Assembly (NCBI GenBank): GCA_965204375.1
Contig: OZ241986.1
Span: 6,276,850-6,340,849, forward strand
Length of the DNA: 64,000 bases
Reading direction: 5' to 3'
Source: Candidatus Latescibacterota bacterium
GTDB lineage: Bacteria; Latescibacterota; UBA2968
In this document: positions 11,174-21,218 of the stretch, piece after piece
How the letters are laid out: every line of letters begins with the position of its first letter
Numbering within the stretch: position 1 is the stretch's first letter
The notes under the pieces: generated by a model
What the model saw: only the letters and a program-made list of their open reading frames with translations
Told to the model about the DNA's origin: nothing
Database searches by the model: none
Position numbers and translations under genes: made by a program

Positions 11174-11548
11174 TCAAGGCTGACGAGCCAGTTTGCCAAG
11201 TGCGTTGTGAACCGCATCTACCGCCAGATCAGCGGCGTGTTTTCGCGTGGGGGGCAAGCCGTCAAGCGCGGTCTCGATATCGGCACGAGCGATTTTGCAC
11301 GCTTGAATGGGCGTTTTGCCAACCACCCATTCCGTGAGTACAGATCCCGAAGCAATGGTTGCAGCACATCCTTGTGCTTGGAAGCACGCGCGATCAATAA
11401 CGCCGTCTTTGATGGCAAGATGCAGGGATAGGGTCGCCCCCGAAGCGGGATTTTCTGCAAATCCAGTCGCATCGGGGGTGTCCAATGCGCCGACATTTCT
11501 GGGATGTTCAAAATGATTCCGTAAGATCGTGGAGTAACCGTCAGACAT
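11174..11548 (-). CDS. IscU/NifU-family Fe-S scaffold-like protein
   Basis: HFEHPRNVG, FQAQGCAATIAS, LPPTRKHAA; two of the three canonical Cys appear replaced. Confidence 0.75.
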   Translation of the reverse strand: MSDGYSTILRNHFEHPRNVGALDTPDATGFAENPASGATLSLHLAIKDGVIDRACFQAQGCAATIASGSVLTEWVVGKTPIQACKIARADIETALDGLPPTRKHAADLAVDAVHNALGKLARQP

Positions 11549-11552
11549 GGAA

Positions 11553-13241
11553 TTACGCACCGGCCCGTGCAGAAGTTCCCGAGCGATAATTGCTATTGCG
11601 CCCGCGTCGTCCGTAGCGTCTTCCCCGGCTGCGCGGGATGCGTTTGCCAGAGCGACCAGCCCAATCTGTGGCGATTATTTGTCTAATCACCGTGATCTGA
11701 ACCTCGCCTGGATAGGTCATTTCCTCGCGAATCCGCTCAGCAATTGCAAAGGACAGATCTTTGGCCTGTTCGTCGTTCACACGCCCGGCATTGACCAGTA
11801 CGCGCACTTCGCGACCAGCATTGATGGCATATGCATCGCGCACGCCATCGAAAGATTGCGCCACCTCCTCTAAATCGCGCACTCGTTTGATATACCCTTC
11901 GGCATCGTCGCGCCGAGCGCCGGGCCGCGATGAAGAAATTGCATCGGCTGCTTTGACCAAAAACGAAAGCGGGGTAGAAGCCTCTGCCTCGCCGTGGTGA
12001 TAAAAAATACCGTTGATAACCTCCTGGCCCTCGCCGTATTTGCCAGCCAGGTGCGCGCCAATGTCGGTGTGTTTGCCTTCGAGTTCTTGGTCCACGGCTT
12101 TGCCAATATCGTGCAGCAGCCCACATCGCCGCGCGAGTTTTTCATCCATGCCCAATTCTGCTGCCATTGCACCGGCCAGAAAAGCCACTTCTTTGGAATG
12201 CCCCAGAACGCTTTGTCCATAACTCGTGCGATATTTGAGCTTCCCGATCAGTTTGACCAGTTCGGGATGCACTGATTCAATGCCCAATTCGCGCACTGCC
12301 CGACGGCCTTCTTCAGAAATGAGCGAATAGATCTTTTTTTCGCAATTGGCAACAACTGCTTCAACGCGACTTGGATTGATGCGACCATCGCGCACCAATT
12401 GCTCCATAGACAATCGCGCCACATCGCGCTTAACGGGATCAAAGCTGGATAAGACAACCGCCTCGGGTGTATCGTTTACAATGACTTTAACACCTGTGGC
12501 GGCTTCAAAAGCAATGATATTGCGCCCCTCTTTGCCGACAATCCGCCCCTTGATATGATCATCGGGCAATGTGACAACCGATATGGATGACTGAACGGTT
12601 TGATCGGTAGAACAGCGTTCTATTGCCTGTGCCAGAATTTTCTTGGCTTCGCGGTCGGCCCGTTCCCTGGCGTGATCGATAATTTCTCGGCCGATATTTG
12701 CAGCTGTCTGCCGCAGTGAATTTCGGATGTTTTCGAGTAGCATCTCGCGGGCGCGATCGGCATTCATGCCCGAAATACGCTCCAATTGCGCCCGTTGCTG
12801 ATCGAGAGTATCGGTCAGTTCCAGTTCTCGTTTCTCCAAACGGACGGCTTTTTGATTTCCTTCTTGTTCCCGCCGGGTTAAGGTCTTTTCTCGCTGACTT
12901 GCAACTTCGGCCTGTTTTGCCAGGCGAGTCTCTTGTTCGTGCAATTCGTCATTTCGACGATCTAAAGTACGCTGTTTTTGATCAAAAGACTTTTCAATTT
13001 CGGCCTTTTCTTCATACCAGCTATTTTTAATTTCTAAAAAAGCAGCCTTGCGATCTCGGTCTTCCTTTTTTGCGAGTTGGGTTGCGTGTTTCTCTGCCTG
13101 CTGTTCAATATCTCGCATCTTTCGATCTCTAATGCGGGTGCCAACAAACCACCCGATTCCAAACGTAATAAGGGCAATGGCGACTGCCAGATAGATGATA
13201 CTGTTAGCTGCCATTGAAGCTCCCTGAAGTAGCATGTCCAT
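11553..13241 (-). CDS. rny: Ribonuclease Y
   Basis: N-terminal TM, coiled coil, KH domain (KGRIVGKEGRNI), HD domain (LLHDIGK). Confidence 0.95.
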   Translation of the reverse strand: MDMLLQGASMAANSIIYLAVAIALITFGIGWFVGTRIRDRKMRDIEQQAEKHATQLAKKEDRDRKAAFLEIKNSWYEEKAEIEKSFDQKQRTLDRRNDELHEQETRLAKQAEVASQREKTLTRREQEGNQKAVRLEKRELELTDTLDQQRAQLERISGMNADRAREMLLENIRNSLRQTAANIGREIIDHARERADREAKKILAQAIERCSTDQTVQSSISVVTLPDDHIKGRIVGKEGRNIIAFEAATGVKVIVNDTPEAVVLSSFDPVKRDVARLSMEQLVRDGRINPSRVEAVVANCEKKIYSLISEEGRRAVRELGIESVHPELVKLIGKLKYRTSYGQSVLGHSKEVAFLAGAMAAELGMDEKLARRCGLLHDIGKAVDQELEGKHTDIGAHLAGKYGEGQEVINGIFYHHGEAEASTPLSFLVKAADAISSSRPGARRDDAEGYIKRVRDLEEVAQSFDGVRDAYAINAGREVRVLVNAGRVNDEQAKDLSFAIAERIREEMTYPGEVQITVIRQIIATDWAGRSGKRIPRSRGRRYGRRGRNSNYRSGTSARAGA

Positions 13242-13447
13242 TGGAGCCTCCTGTCAAAATTCAAATCCGGTTTTATATCCAGAACGCAGGTGCAGAAGAT
13301 ATCTTCAAGCTTCTGCACAAACTGCGCCGATGCGTATAACGCACCGCAAAATATGTAAAAAATAGACGTCATGCGTTTTTGTTCCTCAGAAGCTGTCTTA
13401 AATCGATAGAGGGATTATGTAGTTAACCCAAATATTTTAAGGGACCC

Positions 13448-13480
13448 AAAAGGGAGGAATCGCGAGACGACCCCTCCCTT
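13448..13480 (-). terminator. Rho-independent terminator after the sod-prx-iscA genes
   Basis: AAGGGAGG...CCTCCCTT stem with T4 on the minus strand. Confidence 0.55.
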
Positions 13481-13510
13481 CTGCACACCGGCATTTCTAC
13501 AAAGCGATGT

Positions 13511-13837
13511 TCAAACGCTGAACGATTCTCCACAGCCACACTGATTTTTGGCATTGGGATTGTTAAATCGAAATCCCGTTCCCATCAAGCCATCGTCGTA
13601 GTCCAGTTCCGTGCCTGTCAAAAAGAGCGCGCTTTTCATATCGATAAAAACTCGAATGCCATAGGCTTCGATTACGCTGTCATCTGTGCGGGTTGTCTCA
13701 TCGAAATCGAGCTGATATTGAAGGCCAGAACATCCGCCGCCGATCACTTTCAGGCGCAAACCATGATCTTCGGGACGTCCGTCTCGGTCCATGAGTTCTT
13801 TGATTTTGCCCGCTGCTGTTTCTGTGACGCGAACCAT
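13511..13837 (-). CDS. HesB/IscA/ErpA-family Fe-S carrier
   Basis: GGGCSGLQY, NPNAKNQCGCGESF; GGAGG RBS. Confidence 0.93.
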   Translation of the reverse strand: MVRVTETAAGKIKELMDRDGRPEDHGLRLKVIGGGCSGLQYQLDFDETTRTDDSVIEAYGIRVFIDMKSALFLTGTELDYDDGLMGTGFRFNNPNAKNQCGCGESFSV

Positions 13838-13848
13838 AACTGCCTCCA

Positions 13849-14328
13849 TTAACTCAACGCTTGCAGACACGCTTTGATCGCATCAAAATCGGGCAACTCG
13901 GTTGGATCGTCGGACACAGAAACAAAGCGCACCACACCGCTTTTATCTACGACAAAAGCAGAACGCTTTGCCACGCCCTTAAATCCAATCAGGTCTTCGA
14001 ATTGCGATCCATAAGCCGCGCTGACTTCTTTGTTGAAATCGCTGAGCAGGGGAATGGTAATACCTTCTTTCTCTGCCCATGCTTCCTGGGCAAAAGGACT
14101 ATCTACACTGATGCCCAAAACCTGTGCATCAAGTGCGTCGTAATCGGCCAAACCACCGCTGACCGAACACATTTCATCGGTACAGACGCCGGTATAAGCG
14201 AGTGGAAAAAACAAAATCACGACATTTTTGCTATCTCTGTAATCGCTCAGAGAAATATCGTTCATATCGTCACCAGATTTTGATTTCAGCGTAAAATCTG
14301 GTGCCTGGTCACCTACAGTAATACCCAT
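13849..14328 (-). CDS. Peroxiredoxin (AhpE/AhpC-TSA family)
   Basis: FFPLAYTGVCTDEMC, GISVDSPF, PLLSDF. Confidence 0.9.
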   Translation of the reverse strand: MGITVGDQAPDFTLKSKSGDDMNDISLSDYRDSKNVVILFFPLAYTGVCTDEMCSVSGGLADYDALDAQVLGISVDSPFAQEAWAEKEGITIPLLSDFNKEVSAAYGSQFEDLIGFKGVAKRSAFVVDKSGVVRFVSVSDDPTELPDFDAIKACLQALS

Positions 14329-14350
14329 TTCTCATATCCTTTGGAAAAAC

Positions 14351-14959
14351 TTATAGCGCAGCTTCGTAACGGCGGTTGACTTCGTCCCAATTAATTGTAT
14401 TGGTCCAGGCTTCAATATAATCGGGACGCAAATTCTGATACTTGAGATAATAAGCGTGCTCCCACACATCGAGGCCGAGAATGGGCGTTCCGTCACCTGT
14501 CATGATCGGATTATCTTGATTGGCAGTGCTCAAAATATCGAGTTTGCCGTCTTTGACTACGAGCCAGGCCCACCCACTTCCAAAGCGCGTTGTTGCAGCG
14601 GTGACAAATGTTTCCTTTGCAGCTTCCACGCCGCCCAAATCGGCGGCAATGGCTTCGGCGACTGCGCCTGTTGGCCCACCACCATTGGGACTCATAATTG
14701 TCCAGAACAAACTGTGGTTGGCATGGCCGCCGCCGTTGTTTTGAACAGCTGTGCGGATATCTTCTGGCACGCTGTCCAGATTGGTGATCAAACTCTCGAT
14801 AGACTGATTTGCCAGGTCATCGTGTCCTTCAAGTGCGGCATTGAGGTTGGTCACGTAGGCATTGTGGTGTTTGGAATGGTGAATTTCCATCGTCCGGGCG
14901 TCAATGTGTGGCTCGAGTGCATCATAAGCATAGGGTAAGTCGGGCAATTCGTATGCCAT
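14351..14959 (-). CDS. sodA: Mn/Fe superoxide dismutase (Mn-type signature)
   Basis: [23 protein letters not shown]. Confidence 0.93.
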   Translation of the reverse strand: MAYELPDLPYAYDALEPHIDARTMEIHHSKHHNAYVTNLNAALEGHDDLANQSIESLITNLDSVPEDIRTAVQNNGGGHANHSLFWTIMSPNGGGPTGAVAEAIAADLGGVEAAKETFVTAATTRFGSGWAWLVVKDGKLDILSTANQDNPIMTGDGTPILGLDVWEHAYYLKYQNLRPDYIEAWTNTINWDEVNRRYEAAL

Positions 14960-15107
14960 TTTGAAACTCCTTGTTTAGAGATGAATAGCGTTACTGAGTC
15001 GGAAGTCAAAATATAATGAACTCCCATAAGGGCGTCAAGTCCTTATACAAGTCGTTTATTTTATATAACACAAATACTTACAATAAGTTGATATATATCT
15101 GGAAAAA

Positions 15108-15962
15108 TCATTTGACGCGAACCAGCGCGTTGTCTATCAGACGTGCATTGCCAAAACGCACAGCCACGGCCAGCAAAATGGAATCTTTTAGCTCTGTAAC
15201 GGGCGTGAGGTCTTTTGCATCTACGGCTTCGATATAGTCGATTTCTGCACAGTGCTGAGGTTCAATGACATCGCGCATAGCTTCAATGACCCTTTGGGCG
15301 CGCCTTTCGCCCTGAGCGATCATTTTTTGTCCTACCATCAATGCGCGGTAAAGCGCGGGGGCTTCGCGCCGTTCTTCAGCGCTCAAATAAGCATTTCTCG
15401 AACTCATCGCCAATCCGTCTGCTTCGCGCACTGTGGGAGCCATCAGTATCTCCACATCCAGGTTGAGATCGCGCACCAGGCGTTGAATAACTATTGTTTG
15501 CTGCGCGTCTTTTTGTCCAAAGACCGCCACATGAGGTTTTACTGCTGCAAGTAGTTTGGCGACGATTGTTGTCACACCTTCAAAATGTCCCGGACGACTT
15601 GCACCACAAAGTCCTTCGGTCAGCTTTGCCACGCGCACCGATGTCGCAAAATCTCCGGGATATATTTCTTTTTCCTCGGGCAAGTATGCGAGATGCACGC
15701 CGTGCTGGTCGATCAGTTCCAGGTCCCGATCAATGTCTCTTGGATAGGCTGCGAGATCTTCGGCGGGACCAAATTGCAGTGGGTTGACAAAAATGCTCAC
15801 CACAACCCGGTCTGTCACTTTTAATGCTTGGCGCACGAGGCTGAGATGGCCTTCGTGTAGATATCCCATTGTGGGTACAAGCCCGATGCGCAGACCGGCC
15901 TGTCGGATACGGTCCGCTGCGCGGTGCATCTCACGGACGGTTTTTATAATTTTTACGGCCAT
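15108..15962 (-). CDS. panC: Pantoate--beta-alanine ligase
   Basis: VPTMGYLHEGH, FVNPLQF, FGQKDAQQ, GLAMSSRN, RLIDN. Confidence 0.97.
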   Translation of the reverse strand: MAVKIIKTVREMHRAADRIRQAGLRIGLVPTMGYLHEGHLSLVRQALKVTDRVVVSIFVNPLQFGPAEDLAAYPRDIDRDLELIDQHGVHLAYLPEEKEIYPGDFATSVRVAKLTEGLCGASRPGHFEGVTTIVAKLLAAVKPHVAVFGQKDAQQTIVIQRLVRDLNLDVEILMAPTVREADGLAMSSRNAYLSAEERREAPALYRALMVGQKMIAQGERRAQRVIEAMRDVIEPQHCAEIDYIEAVDAKDLTPVTELKDSILLAVAVRFGNARLIDNALVRVK

Positions 15963-15991
15963 CGCATGCTCTTGGCGAATCTGCGAAATAA

Positions 15992-16070
15992 TAGGGCGAA
16001 AATTTTTTCGCCCCTACACGCCCCTATACATCTGCGTTCATCTGCGTTCATCTGTGGATTCGTCTATTCG
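15992..16070. repeat. REP-like palindrome plus short tandem repeats
   Basis: TAGGGCGAAAATTTTTTCGCCCCTAC, then CATCTGCGTT x2.5 and TTCGTCTATTCG overlapping the panB 3' end. Confidence 0.6.
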
Positions 16071-16889
16071 CGCTCTAAATCGGCGCAGTTCCGCGCTCTT
16101 GATTTTAAAACGGTGTCTGTCTTCTGGAAATCGACGCGACTTGATATCTGCGACATAGTCCGCAAATGCCTGATGCATCTCCCTTTTGAGATCGGTGTAT
16201 GTTTTGACAAAACGATAATAACTTTTGTAAACACCCAGCATATCGTGTGCAACCAGCACCTGTCCATCGCATACGCGTCCGGCGCCTATTCCAATGGTTG
16301 GCATGGACAACCGTTTGGTCACGACTTCGGCAATGCGCTCGGGCACGCATTCTAAAACCACGGCCAGCGCGCCGGCAGACGCCAGTGCATCGGCATCTTT
16401 CAGGACGTCGAGAGCTTCTTCGGCGCGGTCGCCAAACACAGGACGCTTACCCGTGCGCGTTTGAGGCGTGTAGCCAACATGCCCCACTACGGGGATACCC
16501 TCGGCGACGAGCGCCTCGACCTGGGGCGTTATATTGCGCCCTCCCTCGAGTTTAACCACTTCGGTGCCAGCGGAAACCAATTGTCGCGCATTTTCTATTG
16601 CTTGCTCCGGCGTTTCGTAAGCTCGATAGGGTAAATCCGCCATCAACAGAGCACTCACGACTCCGCGCCGCACTGCGCGCGTGTGGTGGAGCATATCATC
16701 CATTGTCACCTGCTGCGGGCTTTTATATCCCAACACATTGACGCCAACGGAGTCTCCCACAAAAATGACATCGACCCCGGCAGCATCCTGAAAAATAGCT
16801 GTGGGATGATCGTAACAGGTCAACATCGCAATGGGTTCGCCTCGTTGTTTCATCAGCGCGAGGGTTTCTGGTTTTACGCGCGATCCCAT
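16038..16889 (-). CDS. panB: 3-methyl-2-oxobutanoate hydroxymethyltransferase
   Basis: MLTCYD, FVGDSVG, VKLEGG, PTIGIGAG, DGQVLV. Confidence 0.95.
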   Translation of the reverse strand: MGSRVKPETLALMKQRGEPIAMLTCYDHPTAIFQDAAGVDVIFVGDSVGVNVLGYKSPQQVTMDDMLHHTRAVRRGVVSALLMADLPYRAYETPEQAIENARQLVSAGTEVVKLEGGRNITPQVEALVAEGIPVVGHVGYTPQTRTGKRPVFGDRAEEALDVLKDADALASAGALAVVLECVPERIAEVVTKRLSMPTIGIGAGRVCDGQVLVAHDMLGVYKSYYRFVKTYTDLKREMHQAFADYVADIKSRRFPEDRHRFKIKSAELRRFRARIDESTDERR

Positions 16890-16892
16890 AGG

Positions 16893-17546
16893 TCAAGTCC
16901 GCCTCGTTTTGCCAGCTTCCATGTGCGCTGGTCGATAATAACGGGTTCCGGACGGAGGCGATTTAATTTGTGCCAATAAATCCTCTAAGTGTTCCGGACG
17001 GTTTTCAAAATCGACCTCCGACACATTAACTGCGAGCAGCGGTGTTATCGAATAATGAAAGAAAAAATGGTTATAAGCTTCCAATAACTTCGAGATGTAT
17101 TCTTTTGTTATCTCTCTTTCATATCCACGCTCGTGGCGTCTTATACCCCGCATCAGATGATTGACTGTGGTTTGTAAATAAATCACCAGGTCTGGACGGG
17201 GAAGTTTTTCGCTCAATGTCTCGGCCAGCCGCTCATAGAGCGCAAATTCCGTATCATTGAGTGTCACGTTGGCGTAGATGCGATCTTTTTCAAAAATAAA
17301 ATTGCTGACCACGGCTTCTTCAAATAAATCCATCTGATGCAGTTCTTGTTGCTGTCGATAGCGGCTTAGCATAAAAAAGACCTGGGTTTGAAAGCCATAT
17401 TGATCGGGAGCCTCGTAGAACAAAGGCAAAAAGGGATTTTCTTCGGGTTCTTCGAGCATCAGGCGGGCATTTAGACGACGTCCCAAAAGGCGAGCCAAAC
17501 GCCTTTTGCCCACACCTGTTGCTCCTTCAATGGCTATATATCGCAA
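16893..17546 (-). CDS. Deoxynucleoside kinase
   Basis: IAIEGATGVGK, NPFLPLFY, PDLVIYL; usual folK-dNK-panB order. Confidence 0.88.
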   Translation of the reverse strand: MRYIAIEGATGVGKRRLARLLGRRLNARLMLEEPEENPFLPLFYEAPDQYGFQTQVFFMLSRYRQQQELHQMDLFEEAVVSNFIFEKDRIYANVTLNDTEFALYERLAETLSEKLPRPDLVIYLQTTVNHLMRGIRRHERGYEREITKEYISKLLEAYNHFFFHYSITPLLAVNVSEVDFENRPEHLEDLLAQIKSPPSGTRYYRPAHMEAGKTRRT

Positions 17547-17563
17547 TGCTAAATCCCCTGGCC

Positions 17564-18067
17564 TTATTTTTTTATGATCAAATTGAATCCTTCAATTTTT
17601 CGCACGGGCAAATTCCTGCCCAAAGACTCAGTCAAAAATTGAATCGATTGACCCAGGACGGGGTGTTTGAGGTCGGGTTTGAGGTCGCAAAGCGGCACCA
17701 GGACGAATGCGCGCTCGTGTAAGTGTGGGTGTGGCACCTGCAAGCCCGGCTGGTTGATGACGGCATCGCCATAGAGTAAAATATCGAGGTCCAGTGTGCG
17801 CGGGCCCCATCGCGTCTCGCGCAGACGACCAAATTTGCGCTCAATTGCCAATAGACAATTCAATAAACTTCGCGCAGAGAGACTGGTATGGACTTGCAGA
17901 ACTGCATTGAGAAAATACGGCTGGTCAACGACACCTATCGGAGCGGTTTCATAGACAGCAGAGGCAGCGATAATGGCGATTTCGGGTTTTGCATTTAGGA
18001 TACCCGTCGCGTCCTGGAGCGTTTTTTCTCGATCTCCCAAATTCGCGCCAATGCCAATGTAGATCAC
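17564..18067 (-). CDS. folK: 2-amino-4-hydroxy-6-hydroxymethyldihydropteridine diphosphokinase
   Basis: GIGANLGD, RWGPRTLDLDILL, PHPHLHERAFVL. Confidence 0.96.
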   Translation of the reverse strand: MIYIGIGANLGDREKTLQDATGILNAKPEIAIIAASAVYETAPIGVVDQPYFLNAVLQVHTSLSARSLLNCLLAIERKFGRLRETRWGPRTLDLDILLYGDAVINQPGLQVPHPHLHERAFVLVPLCDLKPDLKHPVLGQSIQFLTESLGRNLPVRKIEGFNLIIKK

Positions 18068-18423
18068 GTTTCACGTCTCACTTCAACTTCAACGCCATCG
18101 AAATTGACGGATACCGGTGGGTTGGGTTTGCGAACTCGCACGAGGAGTTTTGACAATCCCAATTTCGACTGCAAAACGTCAGCGATGCGGTCCGCCAGGG
18201 CTTCGACAAGGCCAAACCTTTCTCCTGTTACCACTTGCTCGACTATTTTACAGACGCGCGGATAATCTACGGACTGAGGCGTATTGTTGTGTGCAAATCC
18301 CCTGAAATTGCCATAGATTTCTACGTCAACTTCAAATTTTTGACCGAGTTTGGCCTCTTCTTCAAATAGTCCATGGTAGCCGTAAAAAGCCATATTTTTT
18401 ATTCTCAGCACGTCATTTGTCAT
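18064..18423 (-). CDS. folB: Dihydroneopterin aldolase
   Basis: FYGYHGLFEEE, GQKFEVD, VDY, VRKPNPP. Confidence 0.94.
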   Translation of the reverse strand: MTNDVLRIKNMAFYGYHGLFEEEAKLGQKFEVDVEIYGNFRGFAHNNTPQSVDYPRVCKIVEQVVTGERFGLVEALADRIADVLQSKLGLSKLLVRVRKPNPPVSVNFDGVEVEVRRET

Positions 18424-18468
18424 GGTGCTAATATTTACAATTCCATGTGTTAAGTCAAGGAGTTACTG

Positions 18469-18582
18469 GAAATAGACGAATAGACGAATAGACGAACCCC
18501 GCCCAACTGCCCAACTGCTTTCGTTGATTCGTTGATTCGTTGATGAACTGCTGACGCAGTTGTACCCCGTTCCGTTGATTCG
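18469..18582. repeat. Dispersed element with GAATAGAC / TTCGTTGA 8-mer arms (copy 1)
   Basis: Shares GAACCCCGCCCAAC and TTCGTTGATGAACTGCTGRCGCAGTTGTACMCCGTTCCGT with 41302-41430. Confidence 0.8.
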
Positions 18583-18590
18583 CTGCTTTT

Positions 18591-19565
18591 TCACACAAAT
18601 GGCAAGTTGACCACTTCGGCCTCTGATCCGTCGTCCAGTAGCACGCGCTGTCCTGCTTCGTGATAGCCCCGGCGGATGATGGCAAGGGCGATCACGCGAT
18701 TGAAGTGGAGCGATTTCACACATGTCGTTACCCGTCCGACAGTTTTATCGTTGACTGTGATATTGCCACAAACAGGCGTATTGCCGCTCAATGACAAGCC
18801 GGTTAGATAGCGGCGGGGGCGTCCCCGAAAGTGCATTTTGGCGATTACTTCTTGCCCAATGTAGCATCCTTTGTCAAAATCGACTGCGCGATTTAAACCA
18901 GCTTCGAGGGGCGCGACTGATTCATCGATCTCGGCGCCATAACGGGGAATACCAGCTTCAACCCGCAATATTTCTCCCACTTGCCAGCCGATTGGCGTTC
19001 CTCCGGCTGCGACGAGTGCCCGCCGCAATAGATCGGTGTGGTCTTGTGCTATGCGAAGATCACAGCCCGGTTCACCCGTGTATGATCGCGCTGTGACCCA
19101 GATTGGGGTACCTTCAAATTCGCGTATAATCGTATGGTGTTCGGGGAGATCAGCAGGTATGCGCCCAACAACTCGACCGGCCAGCTCAAGGGCTGTGGGA
19201 CCCTGTACCCCTAATATGGCCCAGGCGTCGGATTCGTCCGATAGTGTGACATCATCGGCGATCAGATATCGGTCCAGGGTTTCAATCAATTTTGTCGCAA
19301 GTCCCGGTTCTGTTTCCATATAGATACAATCTTGTAAGCGGTGGACCCAAACATCTAATAGCGTTTGTCCCCGCGCCGATGTGACTGCGGCGTAATTGCC
19401 CTCATTTTCGGCGAGGGATTCAACGGTATTGGTCACCATGCCGTGCAAAAATCTCAGACAATCCGCGCCTTCTGCTCGCACTTTACCCCGCTTGCTGCGG
19501 TTGAATATCCCCGCGTTTTCTCGAACGGCACGGTACTGTGTTTCCACATTTCGATGTGATGACAT
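18591..19565 (-). CDS. YgfZ/GcvT-family folate-binding protein
   Basis: FLHGMVTN, LRVEAGIP, FDKGCYIGQEVIAK. Confidence 0.88.
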   Translation of the reverse strand: MSSHRNVETQYRAVRENAGIFNRSKRGKVRAEGADCLRFLHGMVTNTVESLAENEGNYAAVTSARGQTLLDVWVHRLQDCIYMETEPGLATKLIETLDRYLIADDVTLSDESDAWAILGVQGPTALELAGRVVGRIPADLPEHHTIIREFEGTPIWVTARSYTGEPGCDLRIAQDHTDLLRRALVAAGGTPIGWQVGEILRVEAGIPRYGAEIDESVAPLEAGLNRAVDFDKGCYIGQEVIAKMHFRGRPRRYLTGLSLSGNTPVCGNITVNDKTVGRVTTCVKSLHFNRVIALAIIRRGYHEAGQRVLLDDGSEAEVVNLPFV

Positions 19566-19664
19566 ATATCCTATCCTCCTATTGCCTAATTGTGGTAATA
19601 TCTATATACTTTGAAAACGCCGTTTTTGTCAAAGGATTCTTATTTTCATCAAAAGGAGATTCAT

Positions 19665-20633
19665 GTGAAAGCTATTCGCATATCGCAATACGGTGGTGCA
19701 GAAGTTTTGAGTTTTGAAGATATTGATGTCGCAGATCCAGGCGAGGGACAGGTGCGGATTACCATAGAAGCAGCGGGTGTCAATTTTATCGATACCTATC
19801 ATCGCACGGGCCTTTATCCTCTGAATTTGCCGTTGACGCTGGGCCTGGAAGGCGCCGGCATCGTGAATGCGGTGGGCGCAGGGGTTTCGACTTTGACTGA
19901 GGGCGACCGCGTGGCATGGAAAAGTGTGGAGGGGTCTTATGCCGAGCAAGTTGTCGCAGCCGCAGCCGAGGTGGTCAAAATTCCCTCAGATGTCGCTACT
20001 AAAACCGCAGCCGCGGTGATGTTGCAAGGGCTGACTTCGCATTATCTGGTCAATAGCACCTATCCGATTCGAGAAGGCGATACCTGCCTCGTCCACGCAG
20101 CCGCAGGAGGCGTTGGTCTTTTGCTCGTGCAGATGGCAAAAATGCGCGGGGCACGGGTTATTGGCACCACATCTACAGAAGAAAAAGCGGCTCTGGCACG
20201 GGGTGCTGGTGCCGATGATATTGTTCTTTATACCGAACGGGATTTTGAAGCCGAAGTTCTGCGCCTCACAGATAGTCAGGGCGTCGAAGTTGTTTACGAT
20301 TCCGTTGCCCAGGCCACCTGGGAGAAAAGCATCAATTGCCTCAAGCCGCGCGGTTATATGGTCTTTTTTGGCAATGCCAGCGGGCCGGTTCCGCCGATTG
20401 ATCCCCTGCTTTTGTCGCAAAAAGGATCTATTTATCTCACGCGCCCGACGCTCAATAGCTACACGCAGACCCGCGAAGAATATCTCCAGCGCACCAGCGA
20501 GGTTATGGGCTGGATTCAAGACGGCAGTCTGGATGTGCGTATTGGCGAAGAACATCCTCTTGAAAATACGGCCGAAGCACATAAACGCCTCGAAGGTCGG
20601 CAGACTACGGGGAAAGTGCTGTTGATTCCATAG
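19665..20633 (+). CDS. qor: NADPH:quinone oxidoreductase (zeta-crystallin/MDR family)
   Basis: AAGGAG RBS + GTG; GVNFIDTYHRTG, HAAAGGVG, RQTTGKVLL. Confidence 0.9.
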   Translation: MKAIRISQYGGAEVLSFEDIDVADPGEGQVRITIEAAGVNFIDTYHRTGLYPLNLPLTLGLEGAGIVNAVGAGVSTLTEGDRVAWKSVEGSYAEQVVAAAAEVVKIPSDVATKTAAAVMLQGLTSHYLVNSTYPIREGDTCLVHAAAGGVGLLLVQMAKMRGARVIGTTSTEEKAALARGAGADDIVLYTERDFEAEVLRLTDSQGVEVVYDSVAQATWEKSINCLKPRGYMVFFGNASGPVPPIDPLLLSQKGSIYLTRPTLNSYTQTREEYLQRTSEVMGWIQDGSLDVRIGEEHPLENTAEAHKRLEGRQTTGKVLLIP

Positions 20634-20637
20634 TTGC

Positions 20638-21120
20638 ATGTGTATCGAGAATCACACTACGCTGATACTACTCGTGAGGGGCGATCCCATAACCCATGTT
20701 TTGCTCGGCTATAAAAAACGCGGGTTTGGCGCGGGGAAATACACGGGTATTGGCGGGAAAATTGAACCCGGAGAAACGGTGCGTGCAGCGGCTGTGCGCG
20801 AAATGCGTGAAGAAACAGGCGTTGTAGTGTCGCCCCATGACCTTGTGGATGCCGGGCATGTGACGTTTTATTTTCCCACCCGTCCCAAATGGAGTCTCAC
20901 GACCCGTATTTTTATTGGGCGCAGGTGGCAGGGCGAGCCGACGGAAACAGGGGAAATACGCCCCGTGTGGTTTGAAATCGATCACCTGCCCTTTGATACG
21001 ATGTGGGATGATGCTACCTATTGGTATCCCTATGTGTTGGAACATAAGCGCATCAGAGCGATATTTACATTTTCGACCGACTGCAAAACCGTCGCGACCA
21101 GCGAGATTGAGATGTGGTAA
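20638..21120 (+). CDS. NUDIX hydrolase, MTH1/8-oxo-dGTPase-like
   Basis: KKRGFGAGK, GGKIEPGET...AAVREMREETG Nudix box, MWDDATYW. Confidence 0.88.
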   Translation: MCIENHTTLILLVRGDPITHVLLGYKKRGFGAGKYTGIGGKIEPGETVRAAAVREMREETGVVVSPHDLVDAGHVTFYFPTRPKWSLTTRIFIGRRWQGEPTETGEIRPVWFEIDHLPFDTMWDDATYWYPYVLEHKRIRAIFTFSTDCKTVATSEIEMW

Positions 21121-21218
21121 GCTGTGTGTTTTTTACTTGACTCTTGTGGTAGAATGTCTATATATCAGGGCGTTTGATAAACGAAACTTAACAAACTCTT
21201 CACTTTCTCTTTGATGAG

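Noticed and set aside
13242-13510. 6S RNA or the 112-aa ORF upstream of rny
   Set aside because: No long irregular hairpin recognisable; the ORF overlaps rny out of frame and has no motifs
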